DNA from: Gammaproteobacteria bacterium
GTDB lineage: Bacteria > Pseudomonadota > Gammaproteobacteria > Eutrophobiales > Eutrophobiaceae
NCBI GenBank assembly: GCA_965221695.1
Contig: OZ244905.1
Location: 1,088,001 to 1,152,000, forward strand
Reading direction: 5' to 3'
Length of the DNA stretch: 64,000 nucleotides
Under the pieces are notes generated by a model. That model did not search any database. It saw only the letters and a list, made by a program, of their open reading frames with translations, and was not told the DNA's origin. Shown piece after piece: positions 40,048-50,438 of this stretch; position 1 is the first letter of the stretch; every line of letters begins with the position of its first letter. A program made the translations under genes and the position numbers.

Positions 40048-42150
40048 AAATCTCAAACAGACCAACTTCCGGCGCTCAATACCCCTGTGATTGCCTTGAA
40101 AGGTGTTGGCGCGCGGGTCGGCGAACGTTTACAGCGTCTGGGCATCCGCCAGGTCCAGGACCTGTTGTTTCACCTTCCCCACCGGTATATCGACCGCACC
40201 CGGCTGCTTCCCATCGGTAGTTTGCAACCCGGGGATAGCGCCTTGTGCCAGGGGACGGTAGAACTGATTCAAGCGTCTGCTGGACGGCGCCGAAGCCTGC
40301 TCTGCCGCATCAGCGACGGAACCGGCGCTATTACGCTCAGGTTCTTTCATTTCACCTGGGCGCATCAGGCTGGCCTGAAGCAGGGCATGCGCTTGCGCTG
40401 CTGGGGTCCGATAAGACGCGTCAAGCATTCGCTGGAGATGGTTCATCCGGAATACCAACGCATAGGCGCCGATGAGCAACCTGAGCTGGAACAGAATCTC
40501 ACACCCGTATATCCGTTAACCCAGGGGCTTTCCCAGTTCAAGCTGCGTAACTTAACCGGGCAGGCGTTGGAAACCCTGTCCAGGGATAGCTCCGGCCTGA
40601 CTGAATTGCTCCCACAGCAGATTTTGCGGCAGTTCTCCCTGTTCAGCCTCACTCAGGCGCTATGGTTTGTACACAGGCCGCCGCGGGACGCGGACCTGGA
40701 GAGCTTGACGCAGGGCGCGCATCCGGCCCAGCAACGCCTGGCCTTCGAGGAGTTGCTGGCGCATCATTTAAGTCTGCGGCTAATCCGGAAAACGGCCCAG
40801 GAGCGCAATTCGTTTGCGCTCAATGGAAATATAGCCGGCCAGATCAAGTCTTTTATTGATAGCCTGCCTTTCGAGTTGACCGGCGCGCAGAAACGGGTCT
40901 TGGCAGAAATCCGTACAGACATGCTCAAATCAGCGCCGATGCTGCGCCTGGTGCAGGGGGATGTCGGGTCCGGTAAAACCGTGGTCGCCGCTATAGCTGC
41001 CCTGATGGCGCTCCGTTCCGGCTACCAGGCGGCCGTGATGGCTCCTACAGAAATCCTCGCCGACCAACATTACTTCAATATCAAACAATGGTTCTCACCA
41101 ATCGGTATTCCTGTGTGCTTGCTGACTGGAAGACAGCCGCGCAATGAGCGGGATGAGGCGCTGGCGCGCTTGCACTCGGCGCAGCCAGTGGTTGCTGTCG
41201 GCACCCACGCACTGTTCCAGGAGCAGGTTGCTTTCGGCAATATCGGTTTGATTATTATTGACGAGCAGCATCGTTTCGGTGTTGACCAGCGGCTTGCCCT
41301 GCTTGACAAAGGCAGCGACAAAACCCGCCAGCCGCACCAGTTGATCATGACTGCGACGCCTATTCCCAGAACTCTTGCCATGACCTTGTTTGCAGATCTG
41401 GATATTTCTGTCATCGACCGTATGCCTCCCGGTCGCCAGCCGATTAAGACAACTGTGATCTCAAATGAAAGAAGAGAAGAGGTAATAGAGCGCATCCATG
41501 AAGTATGCAAACAGGGCCGCCAGGCTTACTGGGTATGCTCCTTGATAGAAAACTCGGAGACTTTACAATTACAAGCCGCAGAAGATATCCGGGAGCGCCT
41601 GGCCCTGCAGTTGAATGACCTGAAAATCGGCCTGATCCACGGCAGGATGAAAAAAATTGAGAAGGAAACGGTAATGGATGATTTCCAGGCCGGCAGGATC
41701 GATCTCCTGGTGGCGACGACTGTGATAGAGGTGGGGGTTGATGTGGCCAATGCCAGCCTCATGATCATTGAGAACGCCGAACGTCTGGGACTCTCCCAAT
41801 TGCACCAGCTACGCGGCAGGGTTGGCCGCGGTTCCCAGGCAAGCGATTGTGTCTTGCTCTACCAGATGCCACTGTCGGATAATGCCCGGGTGAGATTGAG
41901 CAAGATGCGGGAGACCAATGACGGCTTTGCGATTGCAAAGAGTGATCTGGAACTGCGCGGCCCCGGGGAAATTCTAGGGAAAAAACAGACGGGGTTGCCG
42001 ACATTGCACATCGCCGATTTCGCGCGGGACGCGCGCCTGATACCGCAAGTGCAACGGGCCGCCGATTTTATCCTGTCGCAATGCCCGCAACAAGTGAATA
42101 AACTGACATCAAGATGGCTGAGCGCCAAAATCGACTTCGGTAAAGTCTGA
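40033..42150 (+). CDS. recG: ATP-dependent DNA helicase RecG (start uncertain)
   Basis: LKGVG, RLAFEEL, QGDVGSGKT, DEQHRFGV, QLHQLRGRVGRG. Confidence 0.97.
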   Translation: MQSVDKSQTDQLPALNTPVIALKGVGARVGERLQRLGIRQVQDLLFHLPHRYIDRTRLLPIGSLQPGDSALCQGTVELIQASAGRRRSLLCRISDGTGAITLRFFHFTWAHQAGLKQGMRLRCWGPIRRVKHSLEMVHPEYQRIGADEQPELEQNLTPVYPLTQGLSQFKLRNLTGQALETLSRDSSGLTELLPQQILRQFSLFSLTQALWFVHRPPRDADLESLTQGAHPAQQRLAFEELLAHHLSLRLIRKTAQERNSFALNGNIAGQIKSFIDSLPFELTGAQKRVLAEIRTDMLKSAPMLRLVQGDVGSGKTVVAAIAALMALRSGYQAAVMAPTEILADQHYFNIKQWFSPIGIPVCLLTGRQPRNERDEALARLHSAQPVVAVGTHALFQEQVAFGNIGLIIIDEQHRFGVDQRLALLDKGSDKTRQPHQLIMTATPIPRTLAMTLFADLDISVIDRMPPGRQPIKTTVISNERREEVIERIHEVCKQGRQAYWVCSLIENSETLQLQAAEDIRERLALQLNDLKIGLIHGRMKKIEKETVMDDFQAGRIDLLVATTVIEVGVDVANASLMIIENAERLGLSQLHQLRGRVGRGSQASDCVLLYQMPLSDNARVRLSKMRETNDGFAIAKSDLELRGPGEILGKKQTGLPTLHIADFARDARLIPQVQRAADFILSQCPQQVNKLTSRWLSAKIDFGKV

Positions 42151-43025
42151 TGGGACTCTGCCAGACAATTCAGACAAAGTCTGTTGTCTATGCGCGGTTG
42201 ATCCGCCTGGACAAACCAATCGGCTGGCTGTTGCTGTTATGGCCCACACTTTGGGCTTTGTGGATTGCCAGCGACGGCCTGCCCTCCTTGCGCTTACTTA
42301 CGGTGTTCGTGCTGGGAGTGTTCATCAGCCGCTCTGCCGGGGTGGTTGTCAATGATCTGGCCGACAGGGATTTCGACCTTCATGTCGAACGCACCCGGAA
42401 CCGCCCAATCGCTACCGGCATGGTTTCGACACAGGAGGCCTATGGCGTTATCGCCGCGCTGACTCTGTGCGCTTTCCTGTTGGTACTGACCACCAACCTT
42501 CTGACCGTATTGCTGTCAATCTTTGCGGTCTGCATCACCGCGCTGTATCCGTTCATGAAGCGTCACACTTATTTGCCTCAGGTTTTTCTGGGATTTGCGT
42601 TCAGTTGGGGCATTCCCATGGCGTTCGCCGCCGCTACCGGCAACGTGCCGGTCATTGCCTGGCTGATTTTTACCGCTAACATGCTCTGGGTATTAATCTA
42701 CGACACCCTGTATGCGATGGTGGACCGGGAAGACGATCTGCGCATCGGCCTGAAATCCACTGCCATACTGCTGAACGATGCGGATCGCGTGATTATCGGC
42801 ATCATACAAGTAATGTTTATCGCTGCCCTGTATCTTATCGGCCGCCAGGTGGGGCTTGGCGCGATCTACCATGCGGCGATGTTGTTCGTCGCAATGTGTT
42901 TCATATACCAGCAATACCTGATTTATACGCGCGAACCGAGCCAGTGTTTCAAGGCATTTCTCAACAACAACCGGGTAGGCCTGGTAATATTTGTCGGGAT
43001 CGCCTTGAGCTTACAGCTTGGTTAG
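42150..43025 (+). CDS. ubiA: 4-hydroxybenzoate octaprenyltransferase
   Basis: RLDKPIGWLLLLWP, NDLADRDFDLHVERTRNRP, YDTLYAMVDREDD. Confidence 0.97.
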   Translation: MGLCQTIQTKSVVYARLIRLDKPIGWLLLLWPTLWALWIASDGLPSLRLLTVFVLGVFISRSAGVVVNDLADRDFDLHVERTRNRPIATGMVSTQEAYGVIAALTLCAFLLVLTTNLLTVLLSIFAVCITALYPFMKRHTYLPQVFLGFAFSWGIPMAFAAATGNVPVIAWLIFTANMLWVLIYDTLYAMVDREDDLRIGLKSTAILLNDADRVIIGIIQVMFIAALYLIGRQVGLGAIYHAAMLFVAMCFIYQQYLIYTREPSQCFKAFLNNNRVGLVIFVGIALSLQLG

Positions 43026-43027
43026 CC

Positions 43028-43255
43028 TTACTGGCGGCTGGCCGGAAGCAGGACTCGTCGTGGCTGTTGCCATCCGTAGACAGGTTTTAACTCCTGCAGG
43101 TCTGTGGTTTCGTCGATTATTTTCAACGTTTCCGTTCCTGCAGGAATCTTCAGCGGCGGCAACCTGTTCGCGACCAGCGCCTTGGCGCCGCGGTCCAGTT
43201 CCCAACCTAGGTAAACCAGGTTTGCGATAAGCAATACTATCACTGCCCATTTCAT
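43028..43255 (-). pseudogene. Truncated membrane-anchored (SPOR-type) protein downstream of coaX
   Basis: MKWAVIVLLIANLVYLGW N-terminus resembles the SPOR-domain gene that usually follows birA-coaX; only 75 aa before the stop and the convergent ubiA. Confidence 0.55.
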
Positions 43256-43269
43256 GATCATCTGCCTGT

Positions 43270-43417
43270 GGAATACCTGATTTATCAGGATTTCCTACGA
43301 TACAGGGATGCGGCGTCTCTGGCAAGTCTTCAACTATGCAAACAGGAATCCAGTGAAGAAAGATTCGCTCATTGAGCGACACCTGATTTGATTGGACTCC
43401 CGCTGTGGCGGGAGTGG
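43270..43417 (+). repeat. Degenerate family A MITE (43270-43328) next to a family B element (43335-43417)
   Basis: GGAATACCTGATTTATCAGGATTTCCTACGATACAGGGATG..CTCTGGCAAGTC, then GGAATCCAGTG..TCGCTCATTGAGCGA..TTGGACTCCCGCTGTGGCGGGAGT. Confidence 0.75.
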
Positions 43418-43447
43418 TACGGGGCAATACTATGCTCAACAGGACTC

Positions 43448-44200
43448 TCACTTCTGCGGGAGTGGTTGAGAAACCAGGGCCAAACCCTGCAGTACAAGAT
43501 GAGGGTCATGGACAGGATGGCCGGGCAGCAAGGGCAATAGTTGTTCCGCTTCTCCACCGGTAACAACGCTAAGCAATTCGACCTCCTGTTCTTCCCTGAT
43601 TTTCCCGGCGCAGCTTTCCACGAGGCCCACCAACGCAAAAGCAAAGCCGTTGCTGATGCAGGCTGTGGTGGTACGGCCGAATTCCAGTTGCAACGCCTGT
43701 TCGTGGCGCCCGCGGATACCGTGGGCTTCGCGCGTGAGCGTCTTTCTCATAAGCGACAAACCGGGCAGTATGAACCCGCCGGCATGTTGCCCGTCTCCCA
43801 GAATGACATCAACCGTGAGCGCGGTGCCGCAGTCTATGACACAAAGCGGTTTTCTGTGCTTGCTCCAGGCTGCCAGCATTGCCAGCCAGCGATCCACACC
43901 CATTGCCGTCACATCGTCATAGGCATTGCGTAATCCTGCGCGTGTTTTTTCGGTGACTGCCACCTGAGCTTGCAGCTTCCAGTGGGACCAGGCAAACTCA
44001 CAGACTTGCGCGGCGATACTGGCATCGGCCACACTGGCAAGATAGACTTGTTCCGGTGGCGCTAACTCCGGCCAGTGACGCTCAAGCAATTCAGGAAGCG
44101 TTTTCTGTGTGTAGCTAAACACATCATGGCCGAACAGCGCTTCATCATCGGCACAGGCCCATTTGACCCGGGTATTGCCGATATCTACGAGTAAATTCAA
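43448..44200 (-). CDS. coaX: Type III pantothenate kinase
   Basis: LLVDIGNTRVKW, MGVDRW, VIDCGTALTVD, GGFILPGL, VTGG. Confidence 0.96.
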   Translation of the reverse strand: MNLLVDIGNTRVKWACADDEALFGHDVFSYTQKTLPELLERHWPELAPPEQVYLASVADASIAAQVCEFAWSHWKLQAQVAVTEKTRAGLRNAYDDVTAMGVDRWLAMLAAWSKHRKPLCVIDCGTALTVDVILGDGQHAGGFILPGLSLMRKTLTREAHGIRGRHEQALQLEFGRTTTACISNGFAFALVGLVESCAGKIREEQEVELLSVVTGGEAEQLLPLLPGHPVHDPHLVLQGLALVSQPLPQK

Positions 44201-45165
44201 TTTACTGCTCTGACAGAAACCTCGCCGCTGCTAAAGCGCCTGACATCGCCGTGAGCTGCCAGCAGCAGCAGGCCATTCTCATCCACCCCCTTGACATGCC
44301 CGCGTACAATTCGGCCTGGCAGGCGCAACTCGGCCTGCTTTCCTGATAGATAATCAAGTTTTTTCCATTTTGTTATGTATTCCCCGATATTGCCGGCGGC
44401 TACACGCGCCAACATCGAGAACTGTCCGGCGATGATCCTCCCGGCCAACCGGTTCCTTGACGGCAACCTGTTACAATGACTGTCAAGGTCTGTCACAGGC
44501 TGATCCAGCATGGATTTTGTCATTTCATCCAGACGCATGTTGAGACCTATGCCAATTGCCACATCACAAGAAGACGCGGTTTCGCTGCGCGCTTCCAGAA
44601 GGATCCCGCCCACTTTTTTGTCGGCGAGGATCAGGTCATTGGGCCATTTGAGAGAAATTCCGGACATGTTCAGCTCCGCCAACGCACGCGCAAGAGCAAC
44701 CCCCGAGGCCAGGGATAAGGCATTCAACGAGGCCGGCGCCATGTCGAAACGCCATCCCAAAGACAGGCACAGGCCACGCGCGCAAGGAGAAAGCCAGGTT
44801 CTGCCACGACGGCCTTTGCCTCCATGCTGATATTCGGCCAGGACAACACGCTTGTGCAGGCGAGGTTGTCCAAACAGCCTGGTAAGGCACATATTGGTTG
44901 ATTCAGTATCAAACAAGACATCCAGGCAGCTTGCGTCTGCAGATTGTCCCACTTCGTTGAGTATTTCATTGCGGTCCAACAGGTCAATCTCATCGCGTAG
45001 ACGGTAACCTTTTCCATGCCTGGCTTCTATCTCCAATCCATAACCACGGAGTTTTTTAATTTCTTTCCAGACAACGGTCCGGCTTACTCCAAGACGGGCT
45101 GCCAAGCCGCTGCCTGAATGGTATTCGTTATCCAACAGGCAACTTAACAGTTTTACCTTATCCAC
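44197..45165 (-). CDS. birA: Bifunctional biotin ligase/repressor
   Basis: HTH (SGSGLAARLGVSRTVVWK), STN, GKGRRGRTW, LKWPNDL, KVGGIL; GTG start at 45165. Confidence 0.95.
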   Translation of the reverse strand: MDKVKLLSCLLDNEYHSGSGLAARLGVSRTVVWKEIKKLRGYGLEIEARHGKGYRLRDEIDLLDRNEILNEVGQSADASCLDVLFDTESTNMCLTRLFGQPRLHKRVVLAEYQHGGKGRRGRTWLSPCARGLCLSLGWRFDMAPASLNALSLASGVALARALAELNMSGISLKWPNDLILADKKVGGILLEARSETASSCDVAIGIGLNMRLDEMTKSMLDQPVTDLDSHCNRLPSRNRLAGRIIAGQFSMLARVAAGNIGEYITKWKKLDYLSGKQAELRLPGRIVRGHVKGVDENGLLLLAAHGDVRRFSSGEVSVRAVN

Positions 45166-46003
45166 CGGCTGCGGAGCCTTTCGCCACTGGCCGCGCCGGG
45201 TCCGAACACCACTCACTCCATGAACCGGCGTATAACCTGGGCAGCGAGTAACCGGCATGGACTGCCGCCAGCAGGTTATGGCATGCAGTCACGCCGGAAC
45301 CACAATAAAACGCGGTGTCTTGCGGTTTTGTGCCGGCAAATACGTCATGCAAGGCCAGCTTGAGCCGCTCCGGAGACAAAAACTTTCCCTGTTCGTCCAG
45401 GTTGTCTTGCCAGTGGCGATTGATCGCTCCGGGAATATGCCCGCCGACCCGGTCAATCGGTTCCCGGTCGCCACGGTATCTTGCCGGTTCGCGTGAATCA
45501 ACCAAGCGGGGAATGTTTGCCACTTCGTCCAACTTCACCAGGCGTCTTGAGTCGAGCGCGGCGTTGAAACTACCGGCAACGACTTCCGGCCTGTTCTTAT
45601 CGAGCTGATAACCGGCTTGCAGCCAAGCATCCTGGCCTCCATCCAGGAGCGCGACAGAATCATGACCTGCATAGCGCAATAACCACCACAGGCGCGCGGC
45701 GAATGCGCCACCCGACAAATCATAAGCCACCACCTGACTATGATTAGTTATGCCCAATGCAGAGAAATTTTCTTCCAGTTCCTGCGCTGATGGCGCCGGA
45801 TGCCTGCCGGAATCCGTGAGGGGCCGACGCGCGCTGAGTTCCTTGTGCAACCTGGCGTAGACGGCGCCGGGAATATGTCCTGACAGATAGGATTGATAAC
45901 CCGCATTCATGTTCATCAGGTCGTAGCGGCAGTCCACCACTACCCAGTTCGGGTCGGACAGATGTTTGTTCAGTGTCTGGGCATCAACTAACGTGTTGTA
46001 CAT
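45158..46003 (-). CDS. Tandem-rhodanese sulfurtransferase (SseA-like)
   Basis: GHIPGA (twice), AARLWW, YCGSGVTAC, LYAGSWSEW. Confidence 0.93.
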   Translation of the reverse strand: MYNTLVDAQTLNKHLSDPNWVVVDCRYDLMNMNAGYQSYLSGHIPGAVYARLHKELSARRPLTDSGRHPAPSAQELEENFSALGITNHSQVVAYDLSGGAFAARLWWLLRYAGHDSVALLDGGQDAWLQAGYQLDKNRPEVVAGSFNAALDSRRLVKLDEVANIPRLVDSREPARYRGDREPIDRVGGHIPGAINRHWQDNLDEQGKFLSPERLKLALHDVFAGTKPQDTAFYCGSGVTACHNLLAAVHAGYSLPRLYAGSWSEWCSDPARPVAKGSAAGG

Positions 46004-46113
46004 GGCATTTCCTTCCTTTATACAAGTTCAAAGACGACCACTACATCTCGTTGATTTTGAGGGCGTATCTCTGTACCGTAGCATTCTCTAACTCAAAGGT
46101 TACTGGATTATTA

Positions 46114-46857
46114 ATGTATCATAACACTACTGTCAGGAAGCTGCAGGGTTGCAACTCACTCCTCACGGCGGCGATATTTCTGGTCTTCCTTTCATTGTCG
46201 GACACGAGCTTCAGCGCCGGGGATTTTGCGCCGTCCGCCGCCCGGACCGGCGGCGACGGCTTCACGCGCCAAACACAGGCGATGGATGAACAGATCAGGC
46301 TCAGACGCGGGGTGTTCCTGATCGCTAAAAAATCCATGCCCGATCCTAATTTTGCTCAGACTGTGGTGCTGATTACGGAATATGGAGACACCGGAACTAT
46401 TGGTCTGACGCTCAATCGCCCGCTTGATAAACCAGCGCAGGACGTCGTTCCTGAATTAAAACAACTGGTTGCGGAACCATTCAATCTTTATCAGGGCGGT
46501 CCAGTCAGGTTGAACAGTCTGCGTCTGTTGGCGCAAACGGAGACGGCGCTCAACGATTACCATGCCGTTGTCGGGAATGTCTTTCAAATTGTCGACCTGA
46601 AAGGTGTGCAAAACCTGATACAGCGCGAACTGGGACAGTTTCGCCTGCGTCTGTATGCAGGATATGCCGGTTGGTCTCCGGGACAGCTTGAGCGGGAACT
46701 GCTGCGCGGCGACTGGCGCTTATCCAGAGCAGATCCGGACCTGATATTCACGGATGACCCCGCCTCACTGTGGGAAAAACTGATGGACCGGATAGACATG
46801 CAATGGGTGAGACGGGAAAAGACGGATGCCTCATATTTATATCAAAACAAGCTATAA
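46114..46857 (+). CDS. YqgE/AlgH (DUF179) family protein with N-terminal hydrophobic extension
   Basis: MPDPNFAQTVVLI, GLTLNRP, GGPV, GYAGWSPGQLERE. Confidence 0.88.
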   Translation: MYHNTTVRKLQGCNSLLTAAIFLVFLSLSDTSFSAGDFAPSAARTGGDGFTRQTQAMDEQIRLRRGVFLIAKKSMPDPNFAQTVVLITEYGDTGTIGLTLNRPLDKPAQDVVPELKQLVAEPFNLYQGGPVRLNSLRLLAQTETALNDYHAVVGNVFQIVDLKGVQNLIQRELGQFRLRLYAGYAGWSPGQLERELLRGDWRLSRADPDLIFTDDPASLWEKLMDRIDMQWVRREKTDASYLYQNKL

Positions 46858-46969
46858 ATAGCATTACTTATTATAGATTGGAATAAGTAGCGTTGCTACA
46901 ATAGCGACCTTTCATCGAACGGGTCAAACCGTCCGTTGCGTTTGTTCAACTCTACTGGAAAACAGAATC

Positions 46970-48707
<1,738 letters not shown>

Positions 48708-48806
48708 TTATTACGTTTAGTTCTAAAAATAGAGAAAATTATCACTTTTAAGGATAGATGTTAAGCTTTAAAGTAACGCGCTTCGTATAACCAGAACAGC
48801 TTCATC

Positions 48807-49592
48807 GTGGACTTTGGATTTACCTTTGCCGGCTTCGTCGTCGGCTTTATTATCGGACTGACCGGCGTCGGAGGCGGCTCTTTGATGACGCCTGTCCTCG
48901 TTCTCATTTTCAGTATCAAACCGGCTGTGGCGGTTGGAACTGACTTATTTTATGCCGCCATCACCAAGAGCGGTGGGATTATTGCCCATCATAAGCGACA
49001 GACGATTGACTGGCGGGTTGTCAGGCTGCTGTCTACGGGTAGCATACCGGCTACCTTGCTTGCGGTTTTTACACTAAAACAACTGGCTGACAGGGGTATC
49101 AACTACGAACCCATCATTACCTCCATGCTCAGCCTGGCCCTGATTTTGACGTCAATGGTTATTTTGTTCAAAAGCCAGTTGCAGTCTTTGGGCAGAACAG
49201 AACCGTTCCAGTTCATACAGATCATCCACAGCAGGTTATGCGCGCCGATGACCATTGTTGCCGGTTTTGTGATCGGTATCCTGGTGACTTTCTCGTCGGT
49301 TGGAGCTGGCGCACTCGGCGCAGCGCTGCTATTTTTTCTCTATCCCCGGTTCAATACCATAAGAATTGTTGGGACCGACCTCGCTCACGCGGTGCCCATT
49401 ACTGCAATAGCGGGCCTGGGCCATTGGAGCCTGGGTTCGGTAGACTTTCAATTGCTGCTTAGCCTGATTATCGGTTCGCTGCCCGGTATCTACCTGGGCA
49501 GCCACGCCGGCGTGCAGTTGCCGGATAAATTCATGCGCATGCTGCTTGCGCTGATGTTGATGCTGATCGGCGCGCGCCTGGCCACATTGTAA
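48807..49592 (+). CDS. TauE/SafE (TSUP) sulfite exporter family
   Basis: GLTGVGGGSLMTP, AVGTDL, SVGAGALG, IVGTDLAHAVP. Confidence 0.92.
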   Translation: MDFGFTFAGFVVGFIIGLTGVGGGSLMTPVLVLIFSIKPAVAVGTDLFYAAITKSGGIIAHHKRQTIDWRVVRLLSTGSIPATLLAVFTLKQLADRGINYEPIITSMLSLALILTSMVILFKSQLQSLGRTEPFQFIQIIHSRLCAPMTIVAGFVIGILVTFSSVGAGALGAALLFFLYPRFNTIRIVGTDLAHAVPITAIAGLGHWSLGSVDFQLLLSLIIGSLPGIYLGSHAGVQLPDKFMRMLLALMLMLIGARLATL

Positions 49593-49599
49593 AAAAACA

Positions 49600-49936
49600 A
49601 CTCCGTGACAATGGGAAACCAGTGAGACAACAAGTCGCCTCCCGTTTCCACGGGGGCTGACTCTGCGAGTGACACTGTATTTAAGGAACCTCTGATTAAG
49701 TCAGAGGTTCCTACGATACAAGGATGTATCGTCACAAATCCGCCTGGAGCGGATTTGGACATCCGAAGGATGCCCGAAGGGTGTGCGCCATGGAAGGTGC
49801 ACATCAATATCAATGACTGTAAGGCATTGATATTGTGAGGAAAACAAAAATCGCATTTTTGCTTTCCGTACTCTGTCAAGTCCAGGATGGACTTGTTCAG
49901 AGTTTCCTTAACTGGACTCCCTCTTTTGAGGGAGTT
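49600..49936 (+). repeat. Family B element interrupted by a family A MITE
   Basis: Left half ..GGAAACCAGTGAGACAA..GACACTGTAT-TTAA | MITE | TTAA-CTGGACTCCCTCTTTTGAGGGAGT right half. Confidence 0.82.
49681..49911 (+). mobile_element. Family A MITE, longest copy, TTAA target duplication
   Basis: TTAA-GGAACCTCTGA ... TCAGAGTTTCC-TTAA (11-bp TIR, 1 mismatch); no ORF; about eight consecutive hairpins. Confidence 0.9.
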
Positions 49937-50013
49937 GTGCCGTGGCAGAGCGTCACGGCGGTTGACTGGGGGTTACATGCCGCCTGGTTGAGCAGCGCGC
50001 GAAGCATACGGGT

Positions 50014-50241
50014 TCAATTCAATTGGGTTTTGCGGTACTGATTGATTATTGCCGCCATCTGGTCTTTGATATGCAGTTTTTCTTTTTTCAGGTTGTCCAG
50101 TGTGTAACCGTCCAGGGGGGCTACTCCGGAATTGGCCTCCTTGACTTTCTCCTTCAACTCGCCATGTCTTGAATGTAACCGTTTAAAATTTTCATTTTCG
50201 CTCAATAATGTATCGACAATCTCCTGCTCATATTCAAACAT
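50014..50241 (-). CDS. YdcH/DUF465 small coiled-coil protein
   Basis: MFEYEQEIVDTLLSENENFKRL..LKKEKLHIKDQM; GAGG RBS. Confidence 0.85.
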   Translation of the reverse strand: MFEYEQEIVDTLLSENENFKRLHSRHGELKEKVKEANSGVAPLDGYTLDNLKKEKLHIKDQMAAIINQYRKTQLN

Positions 50242-50329
50242 AGAGTCCTCCTTCAGGCCAGGTTGTAAAAATAGGAAATGTATGTTTAAAGTTAGTTCAA
50301 TTTTTCCCTGACTACAAGTAAAATATTTT

Positions 50330-50420
50330 ATAAATTTTCTGAACCAGTCCATCCTGGACTTGCCAGAGCAAACGCAGCCCTGTACCGTTAGAACCTCTGA
50401 CTTAATATGAGGTTCCTTAA
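50330..50420 (-). mobile_element. Family A MITE, short degenerate copy
   Basis: CTGAACCAGTCCATCCTGGACTTGCCAGAG..GAACCTCTGACTTAATATGAGGTTCC-TTAA. Confidence 0.78.
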
Positions 50421-50438
50421 CATCATCTGAGGTGTAGT

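Noticed and set aside
49490-50041. ORFs 49490-49879 and 49835-50041 (similarly 37208-37722, 43011-43451, 53061-53243)
   Set aside because: Spurious frames across intergenic repeat elements.
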